From: Octopus bimaculoides
Taxonomy: Eukaryota
Reading direction: 5' to 3'
Assembly (NCBI RefSeq): GCF_001194135.2
Contig: NC_068993.1
Location: forward strand, 25,988,428 to 26,052,427
DNA: 64,000 bases
This document shows, one piece after another, positions 22,390 to 34,908 of the stretch. Position numbers and translations under genes: made by a program. Numbering within the stretch: position 1 is the first letter of the stretch; each line of letters opens with the position of its first letter. The notes under the pieces were generated by a model. It had not been told where the DNA came from and ran no database searches. It saw only the letters and a program-made list of their open reading frames with translations.

Positions 22390-23950
22390 GATATCATCAT
22401 CATCGTTTAACATCCGTTTTCCATGATGGCATGGTCTGGACAGTTTGATCGAGGCCTGGAGAGCCAGCAGCTGCATCAGGCTCCAATCAGATCTGGCATA
22501 ATTTCTACAGCTGGATGCCCTTCTTAATGCCAACCACTCTGAGTGTAGTGGGTACTTTTTACGTGCCGCTGGCACCGGAGCCAGTCGGGCAGGCTGGCAT
22601 TGATCACATTCAGATAGTGCTTTTTACATGCCACCAGCACAAGAGCCAGTCAGGGGGTACTGGCATTGGCCATGTTTGGATGGTGTTTTTTTACATGCCA
22701 CTGGCATGGGAGCCAGTCAGGGGACACAGGCATCAACCATGTTCGGATGATGCATTTTACGTGCCACTGTAACAGGAGCCAGACAGGAGGCACTGGCCAC
22801 AGCTACGATTTTGGTTTTACTTGACTCAATAGGTCTTCTTAAGCATATCATATTGCCTGACGCATCAAGGGTACTCTTAAATGGGCCAAATATGCAACAC
22901 TGGCATTGGCCATGGCTGTGATCTCACTTTAGTTGCTGGGTCTTCTCAATCACAGCATGTCTCCAAAGGTCTTGGTCTCCTGTCATTGCCTCTGTGAGGC
23001 CCAATGTTCGAAGGTCATGCTTCATCACCTCATCCCATGTCTTCCTGGGTCTTACCTCTTCCACAGGTTCCTTCCACAGTTAAGGTGTGGCACTTCCTCA
23101 CACAGCTGTCCTCATCCATACATAACACATGAACATACCAGCACAGTCATCTCTCTTGCACACCGCATTTGATACTTCTTATGTACAGCTTTTCTCTCAG
23201 GACACTTACACTCCGTCATGTATGCACACCGACATTACACATGCAGTACATCATACTAGCTTCATTTCTTTCAAGCCTACGCATGTCCTCAGCAGTCATG
23301 GCCCACGTTTCACAGCCGTGTAGCATGGTAGTTTGCACACATGCATCATACAGTCTACCATTCATCCTGAGTGAGAGGCCCTTAGTTGCCAGCAGAGGTA
23401 GGAGCTCCCTGAACTTTGCCCAGGCTATTCTTATTCTAGACACTACTTCTGGTTTTTCCTCCTGGCACGTGATGGAATTTGTTTTCTGTACATCTTCAGT
23501 GTTTATTGCACCTGTGCATCTGCCACACACAAAAACTATCTTCCCGGTTAACCTTTCTTTGATATTGCTGCACCTTTTATGTGTCCATAGAGTACATCGT
23601 ATGGAGTTTCTACCCACACCTTTTTTACAGATCAAGCAGGGTCATCTACCTGAAGGGGTTTGTGATTTGTCAGCCTTCCTACTTACTAGGACTTTGGTTT
23701 TAGCTAGGTTAACCCTAAGGCCCTTTGATTCTAGACCTTGCTTTCACACCCTAAACTTTGTCTCTAGTTCTAGCAGTGACTCTCTGCTGATGACCTATTA
23801 GAGCAAGGTCATCAGTATAGAGGAGCCCCCAGGAGCAGCCTGTCTTGAATTCTTGTTATTGCCTGGAGGACTATAATGAATAAAAGAGGGCTGAGGACTG
23901 ATCCTTAGTGAACCCATACTTCTACCTGGAATTCTTCACTATACTCGCTG
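22390..23950 (-). pseudogene. 5'-truncated RTE-clade LINE: RT domains 4-6, internal Cys/His module, C-terminus, repeated 3' UTR and (GAT)n tail
   Basis: Minus strand: EYSEEFQVEVWVH*GSVLSPLLFII..LLYTDDL..GLRVNLAKTKVL..PCLICKKGVGRNSIRCT..WTHKRC..FVCGRC..SRIRIAWAKFRELLPLL..MLHGCETW..KTWDEVMKHDL..LWRHAVIEK; tail gttaaacgatgatgat. Confidence 0.92.
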
Positions 23951-24202
23951 CTAAATCTCACCTTACTGACAATAATAAAGTGACAACTGCACTGACATCT
24001 ACAAAACTAAACATTACTATAAAGAAACTTATCACAAGGTATACTGATAAAAAACCCCATCATAATCATCTCTTCTCCCCACCCCAAAACCACCACTACT
24101 GCTGCCGCCACCATCCCCACCACCACCGCCAATTTTAAGTATTCCTCAAATCTTTGAGAAGTAAAAGGAACTAATTTATAAATAGATATCTTTGGGTTAA
24201 GG

Positions 24203-24334
24203 CAAGCATGGGCAAACGTTTTCAAGACATGGGCCAAATGGGACACAGCTGCACTACTAAAAAAATTCACGATAATTTTTTTTGTTAGGCATGCCATTCA
24301 GAAAATTTTGCGGGCCACAGGTTGTCCATGACTG
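24203..24334. mobile_element. Possible ~130-bp hAT-like MITE
   Basis: Imperfect TIR caagcatgggcaa / ttgtccatgactg with gcgggccac subterminal motif; no 8-bp TSD visible. Confidence 0.4.
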
Positions 24335-24995
24335 GACAATTTTTGCAAAAGGAGAATACTATGGATTAAACTGACTCTATATGGTTTATACTTAATTTAT
24401 CCAAAATCCAAATTTGATATGAACTCAGAACCAAGAGGTATAAAACTAGAAACCACAAAATACCCAGTATGATGTAGTACAATCTCAGTTATTTCAAGTT
24501 TTATCCAATTTATGAATGCTGGTAAGATAAACATTCCTTTCCTTGCACTTAATTTGCATGTGCACATGCATGCATGCACGCACATGTGCGTGCACACACA
24601 CACATCCTTCCAGCAGTTTCACTTGCAGGAATTGAAATCTAGGCCTGCTCTGTCTTTGCTATTTTTTCTATCAAAGGTGAAGGTAATTTGAATGTGAGCA
24701 GCACTAATCCCATATGTTGCACTCAACAGAGTGAATTGTTAGTACCAAATGGGTTTTACCTCGGATAACTACAAAATGTGGTTTTTATGCATGCATGCAT
24801 GTGCATGTGCACACACTCACTGTTCATTAGTTCATTGTTTTGGTGTTTTTGCTGATGCCTTTTTAGATATCCAATCATTCTGTTCATGCAGACTAACCCA
24901 GCTTACAACTGTTTCACAGTCGTCTTATTTTGTGAGGTTTGTTTAGTGTTAAACTCTCTACACATCTCTTCTTACACATTTATTTTACTACTTCA

Positions 24996-25216
24996 CCTAC
25001 TTAGCATTAAAACTGGCCATATCCGGCCAAAATATTCTACCTGTTTTATTTTGAAACAGGCTAGATTTGGCCTCTCACACTTACCCTCTAATATTATTCT
25101 AGGAATAAACAATCATATCACTGAAACCTGAAAGCTACAAGATAATGAATAATTAATTCAAAACAATGTGAATAAATAAGCATTACATTTGATAGAGAAA
25201 TCTGAATACTAAAGGG
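24996..25216. mobile_element. piggyBac-type MITE copy
   Basis: Right end aatctgaatactaaaggg|ttaa; decayed left end ttca|cctacttagcatt; body matches 43498-43711. Confidence 0.7.
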
Positions 25217-25804
25217 TTAAAGACAATGAGAGATAAACAAGGCAAAAAGATACAACAAAAACTAAGATGATCATATTTGCTAGTCGTAAGCTTTCTGGGT
25301 GTTTTGTAATGTGAGTAACAAAACTTTATGTTAACTCATCATCTACTCAACAGCAAATCTATCTTCTCTATTTAATATTCATTTTTCCCAAATAAATATG
25401 TGATTAGTTTCTAACATTCCACAAACTGTTAGCGGTAAAAGATAACAAACTACAAGGTTATGACTGTTGAAAATTTGTCATCACTGAGTCGTGCCTTTAC
25501 ATATGTAATTTTACTGTTTGTTTTGTCTGACTAAAAAACAAAGACAAGCCTACCATAAAACTGTTTCACTTGAAATGAAGGGGATTTAAACATACTGCCA
25601 TAGTAAATGTCATTGCAGATTAAACTTTAATTGAACAAACGTAGTCAGTAGATCAAAAACTCAGACTAAGACTAGCTGAACAGAAATACCACCTCTACTT
25701 CAAAGTTTGATTTTTATCTATAGGAACAGGAGCAGCTGTCCAATTGTTAAATGAGTTGCTCAACAATTCATATGCAAAAATCCAAATAATAACAACAATT
25801 GTTT

Positions 25805-26185
25805 AAAATTTTGGCACAAAGCCAGCAATTTTGAAGAGAGGATACATCAGCCCCAGGACTTGACTGCTATTTTATTTTCGTGACAAAAGGCAAAGTTGAC
25901 CATGGCAGGATTTGAGCTCAGAACATAAAGAGTCAGAAGAAATGCTACTAAGCATTTTGTCCAATGCACTAACAATTCTACCAGCATGCCTAATAATAAT
26001 GATTTCAAATTTTGGCACAAGGTCAATAATTCCAGTGGAGTGATTACATCACCTCCACCCCAAGTGCTCAACTCATACTTGTTTTACTGGCACAAAAATG
26101 ATGAAAGGCAAAGGTGAGCTCAGCAGAACTTGAACTGAGAATGTAAGGACAGATGAAATGCCACTAAGCAGCCCAGCATGCTGCC
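25805..26185 (-). mobile_element. Two head-to-tail SINE B copies (~25805-25990 and ~26005-26185)
   Basis: Each begins on plus with aaattttggcacaa(a/g)g and contains aggcaaag.tga...gca..a(c/t)ttga.ct.agaa; joined by (aat)n. Confidence 0.8.
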
Positions 26186-26195
26186 TTAGCATGCC

Positions 26196-26231
<36 letters not shown>

Positions 26232-26232
26232 T

Positions 26233-26790
26233 GATGCCCGGATGCAGTACCAGGCGGTGGCTCTCATGGCTTCTGATCTTAATTGATTGGAAGTGTTATC
26301 ATGTACATTGTTTCGTCTTGGTATAAACGATAGGCTACAGCAAATATTCTGCTTAATACCACAGATTTGCTTGTCAGTTGTTTGACCTTAACCAGTTGAG
26401 CATGTCCATTGATGGCTGACGATATGTGCACCTCTGATCATGAGCAGAAGTAGTGGGGGAGCATCATAGCCATGTGTTGAGAGGAATTCTTTGGGGTTTG
26501 AATAATTTACCTTTGGAAACATGGGTGTTTTGCTCAACATCCTTAAACAAACCTTATTCAGGGACCTTTTGAGTGGGATGGGCTACTCGACCTGAAGAAA
26601 ATTCTAACTGGGCCCCACCTGCGAAGTCATGCGCTGTTTATCTTGATATGAGATTACCATGTTGCGCACATATGGTTGTGATGCATGTGCCTGGTGTACT
26701 CTTGTCAGACAGGTAGTCATGATGGGTATAATGGTCTTCGTACATTTTACCCCAGTGTCACTTTGATGGCATGCACTGCTCTCTCACTCA
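26233..26790. mobile_element. ~560-bp non-coding interspersed element embedded in (AAT)n (R4/Dong-like target inferred)
   Basis: Higher-GC block with sharp borders, flanked by (AAT)n at 26196-26229 and 26790-26819; no ORF. Confidence 0.5.
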
Positions 26791-26827
26791 ATAATAATAA
26801 TAATAATGATAATAATAATGCTCTGCT

Positions 26828-27245
26828 ATAGGCACAAGGCCTGGAATTTTAGGGGATGGGGTTAGTTGATCATATAGACTCCAGTGCACACCAAATGCAG
26901 CGAAAAGTGCTTTACAGTGGAATCCGGATGGATATAGAAAGAGGGGTAGGCCTAAGAACTTGTGGCGTAGATCAACACAAAAGGAACTAGAGAAAGGGGA
27001 ACATTCATGGCAGAGTATATGTACAGAAGCGAAAAATTATGCGACATGGAATTCAATTATGAGTGGCCTATACTCCACGTTGGAGGGTTAAAGGCAAGAA
27101 AGAAAGCACAATTGATACTTATTTTATCAACCTCAAAAGAATAAAAGGTAAAGTCAACCTCAGTGGAATTTGAACTCAAAATATAAAGACATGAAATGCT
27201 GCTATGCATTTTGTCCAGAGTGTTAATGATTCTGTCAGCTCTCTA
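26828..27245 (-). mobile_element. SINE B split by the LINE fragment at 26891-27105
   Basis: ggcacaaggcc..gactccagtgcaca | insert | gcacaattgatacttattttatcaacc..tttgaactc rejoins into a continuous SINE B. Confidence 0.8.
26891..27105 (+). mobile_element. 215-bp 5'-truncated RTE (SR2/Perere-3-like) 3' end with TSD
   Basis: Stop-free frame 26891-27091 PNAAKSALQWNPDGYRKRGRPKNLWRRSTQKEL..W..A..YATWNSIMSGLYS*, matching the ALxWNPxGxRKRGRPKNxxRR C-terminus of RTE ORFs; short (AAG/A) tail; gcaca duplicated at 26886-26890 and 27106-27110. Confidence 0.85.
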
Positions 27246-28784
27246 CAACAACAGCAGCAGCAGCAGCAGCGATTATAATTATAAAATCAAGCCAGTTTTG
27301 AGAGTAGAGAAAAACAGAAAATAATTGGTAAAGAAAAATGAATGGTATGTAATCAAAGCAGAAATAATATTTTGAAACAATATGAATGCAACTACAGGTT
27401 CATAATCCTCTTTGCAATCCATTTCTGAATGCATTAACATTATCTGTATAAATGGTTTCAATATCAAATCTTCTCAATGGAACGGATAAATTGATTAAAT
27501 TTATGGTAAATTTCAGATTTTGCATTGTAATGATTTCCAAACTTTCAGTCATAATTCTAAGTTGACACTAGAGGAAATAGCTAAGAGAAGAATTATATTG
27601 TTAATAGTTATTAAGACACACCTGAGACCATTATTTAATTGTGTTCCTATGTTTGGAGAAAGGGTATGTAATGGGTTCTACAGGGAAGAACCAGAAAAAC
27701 TATCATCAAATTTTGATTTCTGAGCTGTTGCTAAGTGGAAATTGAGAATATGTAAGGTTCAAGTTGACTGCTGTAGGTTATTAATTGATGTGTACTTGTC
27801 TCAAGTCATTAAATCAATAATTAAGACTGAGCTCATGCACATTTAATAGACAGAAAATATATGCACCTTTTGCTTTGTCATAATGAAAAGTATCCTTTAT
27901 TGGGTGATTAATTTCTTTAAGGTCCAGGAGAAGTAAAATAGGTGTTGTAACATTCAGCACATTTCTAAGTCCATTAATAACATAAGTGATGTAAGAAAGT
28001 CATCATGCGACAACCACCGGCTAAAATGTTATCACAGTTTGTTAAACTTTTTGTTACTATTTGCAATTACAAAGTTAATAAGTGTCCAGTTACTAAATGT
28101 AAGAGACATGGAGAGGAAGTGAGAATATATTCACATAATACTTGGTAATGTCAACATTATAAAATGACAAATACAGATACAGGTAAAAGATTTAATCACC
28201 TACAGTAAAGTAATGAGTAAGGAATTTTCTAGTTTGCATAAAACTGTTGAGGAGGAAGAGGAGCGGGGGGGGGNNNNNNNNNNGGGGGGGGGGATGAGTG
28301 GTATAGACTGGTAACTTACTATAATTCAACCAAGTGTTTTAGAGAAAGCATCTCAAAGATGAAAAAAGATGTATTAGGTCAGTGTTCTGAGGATAGTGTA
28401 AAAGAAAACTGGCTGGGAGGGAGGGAAGGAGGGGATAGAGAAAGAGAGAATGCATGTCTGTAAGCTATGGTGAAACCAGGAGGAATGTCTGTTTAAAGTA
28501 ACAGATACAGCTAGAATATCATGTACAAAATTTATTTGAACAAGAATCACATGTTGGTTCTCAAGTTACAGATTAATGTGCAAGTTTACAGACATGCACA
28601 AACACACACACACATATTGCACACAGAAACGTATTAAGACACTTGAATTACACTACATCCATCCAAAGTTTCACTGCAATGCTTCAACTATAAAGAGGAC
28701 ATATATCAGAAAACACAATTAATTGTAAATAATTAAGTATAGCCCTTATTAAATGAGGACTCTTAATATTCTCCTAAAATGTGC

Positions 28785-28820
<36 letters not shown>

Positions 28821-31618
28821 GTGTGCGTGTGTGTGTGTGTGTGTGTGTGCATGCTTCCCTCTCACATCTGAGGTATGTACTGAATGGAATACTGCATAGA
28901 AATTCTATTCAATAAATGCAGTTCCCAACTACTAATTAGTTGTTTTTGAATGAGGTGTTTTCAATTTTAATAATATTAGTGGTAAATGAACAAGTATATA
29001 CTGATTATTCTCAACAAAATTAATTGTTCTTACAGCATGGTGTAATAAAGTTGGTGTTACATAACTTCTATGATCTTACTTCAAACTCAACGATGTTGTT
29101 AGATACCTTTATAGCCTAATGTCGTTACTCTACATGTGTCCTGCTTTGCTAAACATGTACGGAATCGTCACATTAGAAAGATATCTACTAACCCTGTTGA
29201 CAATGATGCTACACTTGGCCTAATCAAAAGTTTAGCATCAAAAGAAGAATCAACATAAAGCCCCACTGAGGAATCACAAACTCAAGACTCCTCATTTATT
29301 AACTGCTTTACAAAGTTAGATTTACAGACTGTTTCCAGTGCACAAGAACCTAGAAGAAATATTTTCAGTAATGTCAGAACCAGGTTAAACAACAGAGACT
29401 ATATTTCTAGCAGCCAGCTTTGGTCTTAAAGATTCCTTATTAAAGTAAAATTGTTATCAGTTCACATCTAAAGAGACTTCACCAAAAAGGAAAAGACCAG
29501 TATATAAACTTTAAAAAAAAAAGAAAAAAAGATAGTCAAGAGCAGGCCACAGCAATTATAGCTTGATAATCTGTCTGTGAAAATGATAAATCAATCTGAG
29601 GTAGTCATTCCAGACATTTTGACAACAAATGCTACCATCAATATGTTCAAAGAGATAAACTTCTGGTGAGTCAAGTGTATGATTTGGTTTCAATCCACAC
29701 CTAAATCCTTTTTTCATTTCAGTGTTATACAGCTAATACATTTCGAAATGGAAAGAATGTCAAATCCCCCTCTCCTATAATCCAAGGCTTTGTACCTAGG
29801 AATCAATATCATTTTATAAAGGAATCAATAAAAGGAATTTATTAAAAGGAATCAATATCATTTCATATAATCTCATAGTAAATAGTACAAAGTAAATAGT
29901 GTAAGCTGTGGCAAGTTGAATTCATAGCATAGTTTCTATTCCAAAGAGTGGTCATTTCCCTCCACTTTTGTTATTAATGTCTTAGAGGAAGATAAAGAGA
30001 TCACATAATTATATTCTCTAATCAGAATGTTCTATGTAAGCAATCATCATTACTGTGTGTCATGTTATATAGAAAAGATTCCAGTGACTAATGACATAAT
30101 TCCAAGACAGAGACAATTCCAAAAGTTGTTACAATATTCCCGTCCTATAGAAATACACAGTACTACTTAAGGAGGACACACAACTTATATCCTCCTTGGA
30201 TAGGTAGGCGTGTGTGTGTGTGTGTGTGTGTGTGTGCATGCGCGCGTGTGCATGTGCACCACATTTTTTCCTCCCCATCCTCCAGGTCTGAAGATTGGAA
30301 TATATTCTATCATCCTCCAGGACACAGTATCAACGTATATATTCCTACAACCTCAATAGCATAGTACTAATATGTATTTCTCCATATTCAAGAAAGACAC
30401 AGAAATAATATATATTACTCTAACTTCAAAAACACATGACTAACATGTACTCTCCCACCCTCAAGAATGGTACAGTAATAATGAAGATATTCTGTCTCTC
30501 AAATACATTGCAGTTAACTTTACACTGTAATATGTTTATATGCAACAAAACAAACAAAAAAAAACATACTAAATACTCCAAAGTATCTAGAGTTATTTTC
30601 TTCTTATTTTTTGCATTGTGTTTTGGTGTTCAAATTCTGTTCGGTTTGACCCAGCTTTACTCAAAAGATACAGTAGCCAAGAAGACAGAGCAGAGGTGTC
30701 TTGATTGTCCACTAGCAAGTTCTTATTTTATTCTGAGTATTTTGTGTCTTTAAGCAGAACAGGAAACCTCTTAGTTTGTCTTCAGCTGTTATGAATCATC
30801 ATTTTGCTTGTTTAAAATGTCAAAAACTTTTAAAACTTGAAATAAAGTAAAAATTTCAAGGAAGCAATGTTGAACATGTTAAGGAGTAGGGACTTTGTTA
30901 CTATAGCAAAATTAAAGCCCTAGATTTTCTTCATTGTATGTTCCAATCCTCCTATATCCAAACACTTCCCACAACAATTCTACAACACTACTGCAACACA
31001 GCAGAACAATAGAGCAACTCAGAAAACTACTTCAATACTCCATAAACACTATCCTTCTGTTTCAATTTAAATGGTAAATGGGACTCCTCCACACAAATCA
31101 ACACTATATATTCAGTTGTTCAATCAACTGTACTGTGCAGATGCATATCGAACTTTAATGTACCCTTGATGTAATTCTCAAGTAAAGTCAATGTGACACC
31201 ACATGACAAGACTGGCATCTGAATTTTAGGTACACATTTGCAGTTTCCATTGACCCCAATTTCATTTATAGAGTTTGTGTCAATCTGAGGCTATGATAAA
31301 TTGCCCAAGATGCAATGAATGACAGGTGAACTTCTTAACTCTTTGGCCTTGGTGCACCTAACCTAAAATAAGAATAAAAGAGACTTACAAACTAAACTTA
31401 ATAGTACCAATAGAGCGCACTCTAATTAAGTTCACTTTATGTGCTTCTTTTGAAGTCAACAGCCAAACTCATATATTCAAAATTCAAAAGCAGACTGGAG
31501 GACTGAAGAAATGTTACATGCCCAAATAGCCACATTGCAATCTGCATGTTACAGTGTGAAATATATTACACAACTATATAGAGACATGATAAATTTACAA
31601 TGATGTGGTCTCCATCAG

Positions 31619-31709
31619 ATGTTCAACCAGCTGCTTAAAAGCAGACCTAATCAGGATTACACAACAATTACGGCAGGCTGAAATATTTCTCGAGAAGTGG
31701 GACGAATGG
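31619..31709 (+). CDS. Candidate host exon, product unknown
   Basis: Strong donor tgg|gtgagt; one open frame CLKADLIRITQQLRQAEIFLEKWDEW; acceptor ambiguous (ctccatcag| or ctaatcag|). Confidence 0.25.
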
Positions 31710-34700
31710 GTGAGTCAAACTTGACTGCACTCCTGCATCTGAAGCTGAGAATCTATAGACAACCATTGAATAAAAGGGATAATTTAGTAAGGATATTTAA
31801 TTGGCAATTTGGCAGCGATAGATGGGAAGTGAAATATTTTGTGGAGTGTAACAGAGGAAGTGACAGTGTAACAACAAACACCTTCCAACTGTTATTTCTA
31901 TTATATTAGTCATAGCAACATAATCAGCTTGAAACAATCAGGATCAATATCCAATAGAATCCATAAAACTGACAGAATTATTTCATTTATTCATTTACAT
32001 ATTTATTCTTTTTAAATGAATGATCTGTTTCTACATGTGTGTATGTGTGTGTGTGCATGCGCACGCACGTGTTTACACAGATACACACACACACACACAC
32101 ACATCCCAAGTTAGATTTTGTACATAATGTCAGTCAACACTTGTATCAGAAATACATGTGCATACAAGCAAACACACACACACCTATGCACACAGAATTC
32201 AGATCCTTTGTTCATATTTTCTCATATCTATGAAGTGGTATCCACTAAATTATGTTTCATGGTTTATTGAAAGATGGAAATGCAGATACAGTTAAGGTCA
32301 GTCAGTTTTAGACACAGTAAATAGCCAGAACAACATTTGTAATTATTCTTCATATATCCCAGTATACAAGTAGATGTGGACATCATCATAAATAATAAAT
32401 AAAAAAAAGCATAGAAAAAAAACTAGAAAAGACAGGTGTGACTGTTCTTCAAAGTTCGCTTTGCAAATCAGTGGGTTCCATATTTAATTCGAGTACATGA
32501 CACTTGGGCAAGCCATGAGTCAAATGAAACCTTGTGCATGCAAATGGGTAGATCACAGTTTTTGGGTGGTGGTAGACTTATGAACACCACTGACTAAGTA
32601 GTTTGACCAGGCTTCAAGTGTGAGGACAATCTATGAGTTGTGGTGTCTTCTTCTTTTCCTTCTATCAGTCTTAGAAGGAATGCAAATAAAAAGAAAAAAG
32701 AAAAAGGATGTCATCAGAGATTCCCTTCTTCCCTTGACTAAACGATGAAAAAAGGAAACTTAATTCGGTGAAAAATTACTTTAGTGAAAAAGTTCCAGCG
32801 CAAATACCCCATAAGCTGAGAGTTTACATTTGCCACAAGTATTTTGTCATGCTTTGGGAGATTCAAAGAAGTTGAGAATTAACACTATTGTTTTACCTGT
32901 GTCAATTTACCCAAATGCAAGAGAACATATAATAGACTGATGCCCCACCAAGACAAAAGATACAAATTTTATCCATACAGCACCACCACAATATTTGGAA
33001 TTAAAGTACTGGATTGAAAGGCGCAAATATCCAGTTGAGATATTTGTTATTTATTCACAAATACTGAAACGTCATATACATCTAGTGCATTAACAGTGAC
33101 TGAGAGCTCATAGCTATAATGTCTCCCTTATTTACCAAATTAAAGGAAAACAACACTTATTCTATAACTGCAGTTAAATGAAGGAAGTGTGTGTCGGGAA
33201 TAATAGAACATATCACTACAAATATGGAATAAGCAAATCCACTGTTCCAATTTTCATTGATATGAGAAAACTAATTATTATATCATCAGAAGTGCATATT
33301 AAGCATCAACATCACATTGAAGCACTTAACATCCCATCGGAAACTTACTAGGAATTTCTATATATTATCTTCATTTTATTGTTTACAATAAATTTCATCT
33401 ACCTTTGGATCGATAGTGATGAACGTATAATGAAACATCAATAGGTGTTGGGTGACAGAATTTTTGTAAGTCAAACAAAACAGCAGTGTGGTGGGTCTAT
33501 GTGTGATTAGCTTAATATGTAATAGATTGTGGTATACCAGTCACAAATGGCAAGGTGTATCCCTGATGAGAAGGAGGACTGAACTAAAGGTTGTTAGCTA
33601 ACAAAATATTAAATATATAATGATATCATAGGTTATGATTCTGGGCTAAAAACACCCCTGTTCAGTAAACAGAATCAAAAGAAAGTTAAGAAAGTCTGTG
33701 ACCATAGACACTGGCTGAACATCAATGCCAGGATATAAAATATGAACTCTTCATTCAGCAATCATCTGTGATACAATAAATGTCACCATGTTAAGAACGA
33801 GAAATTTAGACAGAGGTTAAGTCCAAATTCAAGGGACGACACTTATAAAATACATCCTATACTAAAGCAATGGCATTATACTTAAGATCACTCATTGCTG
33901 GGTTTATTTTAGAGATACCAACCTCAAAAAATGCAACAAAGAAAAGATATTCACAGCCAAGCCCAAAAGACTGGTAAGAAAGACAAGAATACATTTGAAC
34001 AAGATAGAGTTCATGGGTCATGCAAAGGAGGAAGACAGTGAGAGAAGAGTGATAAATACTAAGGTGGTTGATTCTTAATCATCCACATTTACTAGGAAAG
34101 GTGTATCATTCTTCTTCTTTTTTTGTTTGAGGAAGGTTGTAAATTAATTTTTTTAAAATCCAATTAAAAATCCATGGTATCATAAATTCACTGATACTTG
34201 TGTAGCTAGTTTGATTTGGGGATATATTTCAGTCAGTTTAAATGAACTTGGAATTATTCAGAGGTCATATATTATATTAGATGAATGTGTAAGGTAGTGG
34301 GAGAAAGTCTTGTTATGCATGTGTGGACTTTTATATTTCTATGTGCTTATATGCATTATTATGTACATATGTTTGTTAAAACTGTGTGAATTTCAGTGTG
34401 TGTTTATGTGCACACGCATGTGCATGCGTGTATGTATGTACATGTGTGACTCAACATGAAAAGTGTAAAAGTGAGCCATTACCACCACCACCACCACCAC
34501 CACTACCCCCACTGCTACCACTACCACTCAAACATGTTGCTGAAGTAAAACAACAACAAAAAAAATAATAAAGCTACCATATTGCAAGACATCACACCAG
34601 TTGCATGATAGTGCAATAGTTGGAAGTCTAGTCACTAATGGAATGTATGCAGAAGGGAAAGAGAGTTGATTGAAATGGTATGTTGATGCACTGGGTATCA

Positions 34701-34863
34701 CAACGGTAGATTCTAACTACAACAACAAATTCTGTAACAATAAAAAGCCTTTCATGATGAATTGAAAACATGTTTTCCTTTCATGTTAGTAAGATAGCTC
34801 TTTCTCTCTATCTCACTCTCTTTCTCCCTCTCCCTCAGAAAAGGCCCTCACCCAAACACTTAC

Positions 34864-34908
34864 TCTCTGTAATGTGGCAATCAGGTCTCCAGAGACTGTC
34901 TACCCTAT
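34864..34908 (-). CDS. Candidate 45-nt exon, product unknown
   Basis: Acceptor gattctgtattag|, consensus donor |gtaagt; only one frame open (xRVDSLWRPDCHITE), phase 1-1. Confidence 0.22.
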
